NCBI RefSeq assembly: GCF_964204645.1
Contig: NC_134031.1
Span: 1,302,001 to 1,366,000 of the forward strand
DNA from: Tubulanus polymorphus
Taxonomy: Eukaryota; Animalia; Nemertea
Direction of reading: 5' to 3'
Length of the DNA: 64,000 nt
Below, one piece after another: positions 62,103 to 64,000 of this stretch; within the stretch, counting starts at the first letter, position 1; each line of letters begins with the position of its first letter. The translations under genes were made by a program, and so were the position numbers. Below the pieces are notes generated by a model, which saw only the letters and a list, made by a program, of their open reading frames with translations, made no database searches and had not been told where the DNA came from.

Positions 62103-63828
62103 ATGGCAGAAATTCCGGTTTTTCCAAAAGCTGAATCAATAATAATTCACACGGGTAACATGGTGAACTGGTCGAGATTGAAACGAAAACCGAATCAACA
62201 AGCAACAGAAGAGGTCGGTCAGAAGAAATATTGCAAAAAAGTTATCATTTTGTGATACGTTAGCTTATAATTGATTATTTTGATACCATGTATATATATG
62301 CACCCGTACCCCTGAGTGTGATTTATGATAAACTGAATTGGAGCTATTACCTTAGTGTTGGTGCTTGTTAAGTCCATAAAACTAAACAACACTTTTAAGA
62401 ACTTTTTTATGGTCGCAGAATATAAAATCCAGGATTTATTTGACTAGATTTTTAAGATTGTCTCGTTAATTTCTATTTATGTTGTATTTTCAGTTACTCA
62501 GCGGAATTGATGAACAGTTACAATCGTGTAAACGGACTTTAGATTTGAACGATGTTCAAGTAAGCAAATTTTTATGTAACATTTTGAAATGATTTTCCGC
62601 CCTTCTCGAGATTCAATGGATTCTATATTCCAGTATCTGACGAGGTTAGAATGTAAAGGGAATACTGTGAGAGAATGTAAGATAAACCTTGCACCGAACG
62701 CTGCTACCGTTGATTGTAATTCTATTCCGTGTCCGAACGAAGACACGATCGCTTTGAAATTCAGCAATGAAGATAGAGATAATCTTAAAATAACCGGTAA
62801 GGATTCATCATCATCATCAATATCACGGACTTATCGAGGCCTGTTGAGGCCTATTGGTGTCCGGCTCGTTTGGTAATTTACATAAATTTAGGTGATATTT
62901 AAAATATTTCTCAATGCTCATAGTTTGATATGCACCTAGCCCATCTTAAAGATGGGCGTTAAATGTTCTTTAGATCAGTTAGAATGGTCGCCAAGTATTG
63001 TAACATTGCATGACTAGTTAAAAATATTTACAGCATTACAAGATTACAGCAGTCTTGATAATGACCCAGACAGGTCAGTTGCAGCTTGACTGTTGATTAA
63101 TCTACCCATTGGAGGATGCAGTACTGGATGCAGTATTGCCAGTAATTGCCATCAATTATCCTCTGGTTAACTGAACCAACTTTTAAACATCTGGCCACAG
63201 AAACAGTCCTTTTATTCAGTTAGTCTGATCAGTCAATGTGGTGACTGGTATTATTTGTATGTTTAGCCGAACAAGTTCTGACAATATTTAGTCTATATTT
63301 CAGTGAAGGTGTATTTGCACGAGTGTACTCCTGAATCGCTGAGTGAAGCAGTTGAAAAAGGTAAGATTATCGAGGACTGACCATGTTCTGGATATAGATT
63401 GAGAGAGTGTTTAAGTTGATATCCTAGAGTTCAATCCTAAGGTCGAATTCCTGATGAAAACTGAATACTGGGAACTAGTCCCACAGTTATGAGTTTTTAA
63501 CTAATTGAAAATGAACTAACTTTAATTTAGAGTTAACTCAAACTCACAACTGTAGAATTGGGTTCAGCTGGGTCCTGATTGAGAATTTCATTTAATTCTT
63601 TGAGTTTAAATTTCATGTTTTATTTCAGTAATGGAATCGTTGGGTACAACGTATTTAGAAACGCTACTCGTAGCACTGCCGGAAAATATCACTCAGGATT
63701 TCTCGTTGGAAGCGGTAAAACCGGTGTGGAGTCAGTTGGAGAAACTGGTGCAGGATAAACATCTTATTCACATCGGATTCTCCGATCTAAATAAACAACA
63801 ACTTGAACAAGTTTACGATTGGGCAACG
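62103..63828 (+). CDS. GCLM: Glutamate-cysteine ligase modifier subunit, 5' exons (gene continues beyond the window)
   Basis: IHTGNMVNWSRLKRK..EE, EDRDNLKITVKVYL, VWSQLEKLV..IGFSDLNKQQLEQVYDWA; GT-AG junctions in frame. Confidence 0.9.
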
Positions 63829-64000
63829 GTAAGAATAGCCTCCTTCTCACACGACACCCGCATCATTCACAACTTCCTTGGTTTACACCAGCCTGGATTC
63901 AGTCGGGTCCAATAAAGATACAGTGAAAATAGAACCCTGCTTTACGCTTACCGGTAACCGTTGATGAAGCACTTAGAGTCAGTGTTTTAACGATAATAGA

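Overview
AT-rich, intron-containing invertebrate (metazoan) genomic DNA; no prokaryotic features or CRISPR arrays. 1-18.2 kb: tandem cluster of six intronless class A (peptide/chemoreceptor-like) GPCR genes, with a rolling-stone-like gene and a decayed Penelope-like retroelement inside it. The paralogs are near-identical in cytoplasmic/TM blocks but mosaic in their extracellular loops. Next come three head-to-head housekeeping pairs: OGG1(-)/TMLHE(+), COG6(-)/EDEM3(+) and HENMT1(-)/GCLM(+, runs off the window). The short COG6/EDEM3 intergenic region is split by a ~14.4-kb element (31965-46319) with ~50-bp TIRs, TAT..ATA ends and a 5/6-matching 6-bp TSD (IS3EU-like signature). It has no recognisable transposase. 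It carries apparently non-coding cargo: a ~620-nt fold-back whose arm mismatches are strongly biased toward G-U pairs on the minus strand (hairpin-RNA-like), ~11 tandem exon/intron units that keep splice sites without an ORF, and a chain of 28-41-bp palindromic micro-elements. Four Penelope-related hammerhead ribozyme motifs, many MITEs, a non-autonomous Helitron, tRNA-derived SINEs and a recurring ~25-bp promoter motif are also present. All calls are from reading the sequence by eye; exon coordinates are hand-derived.
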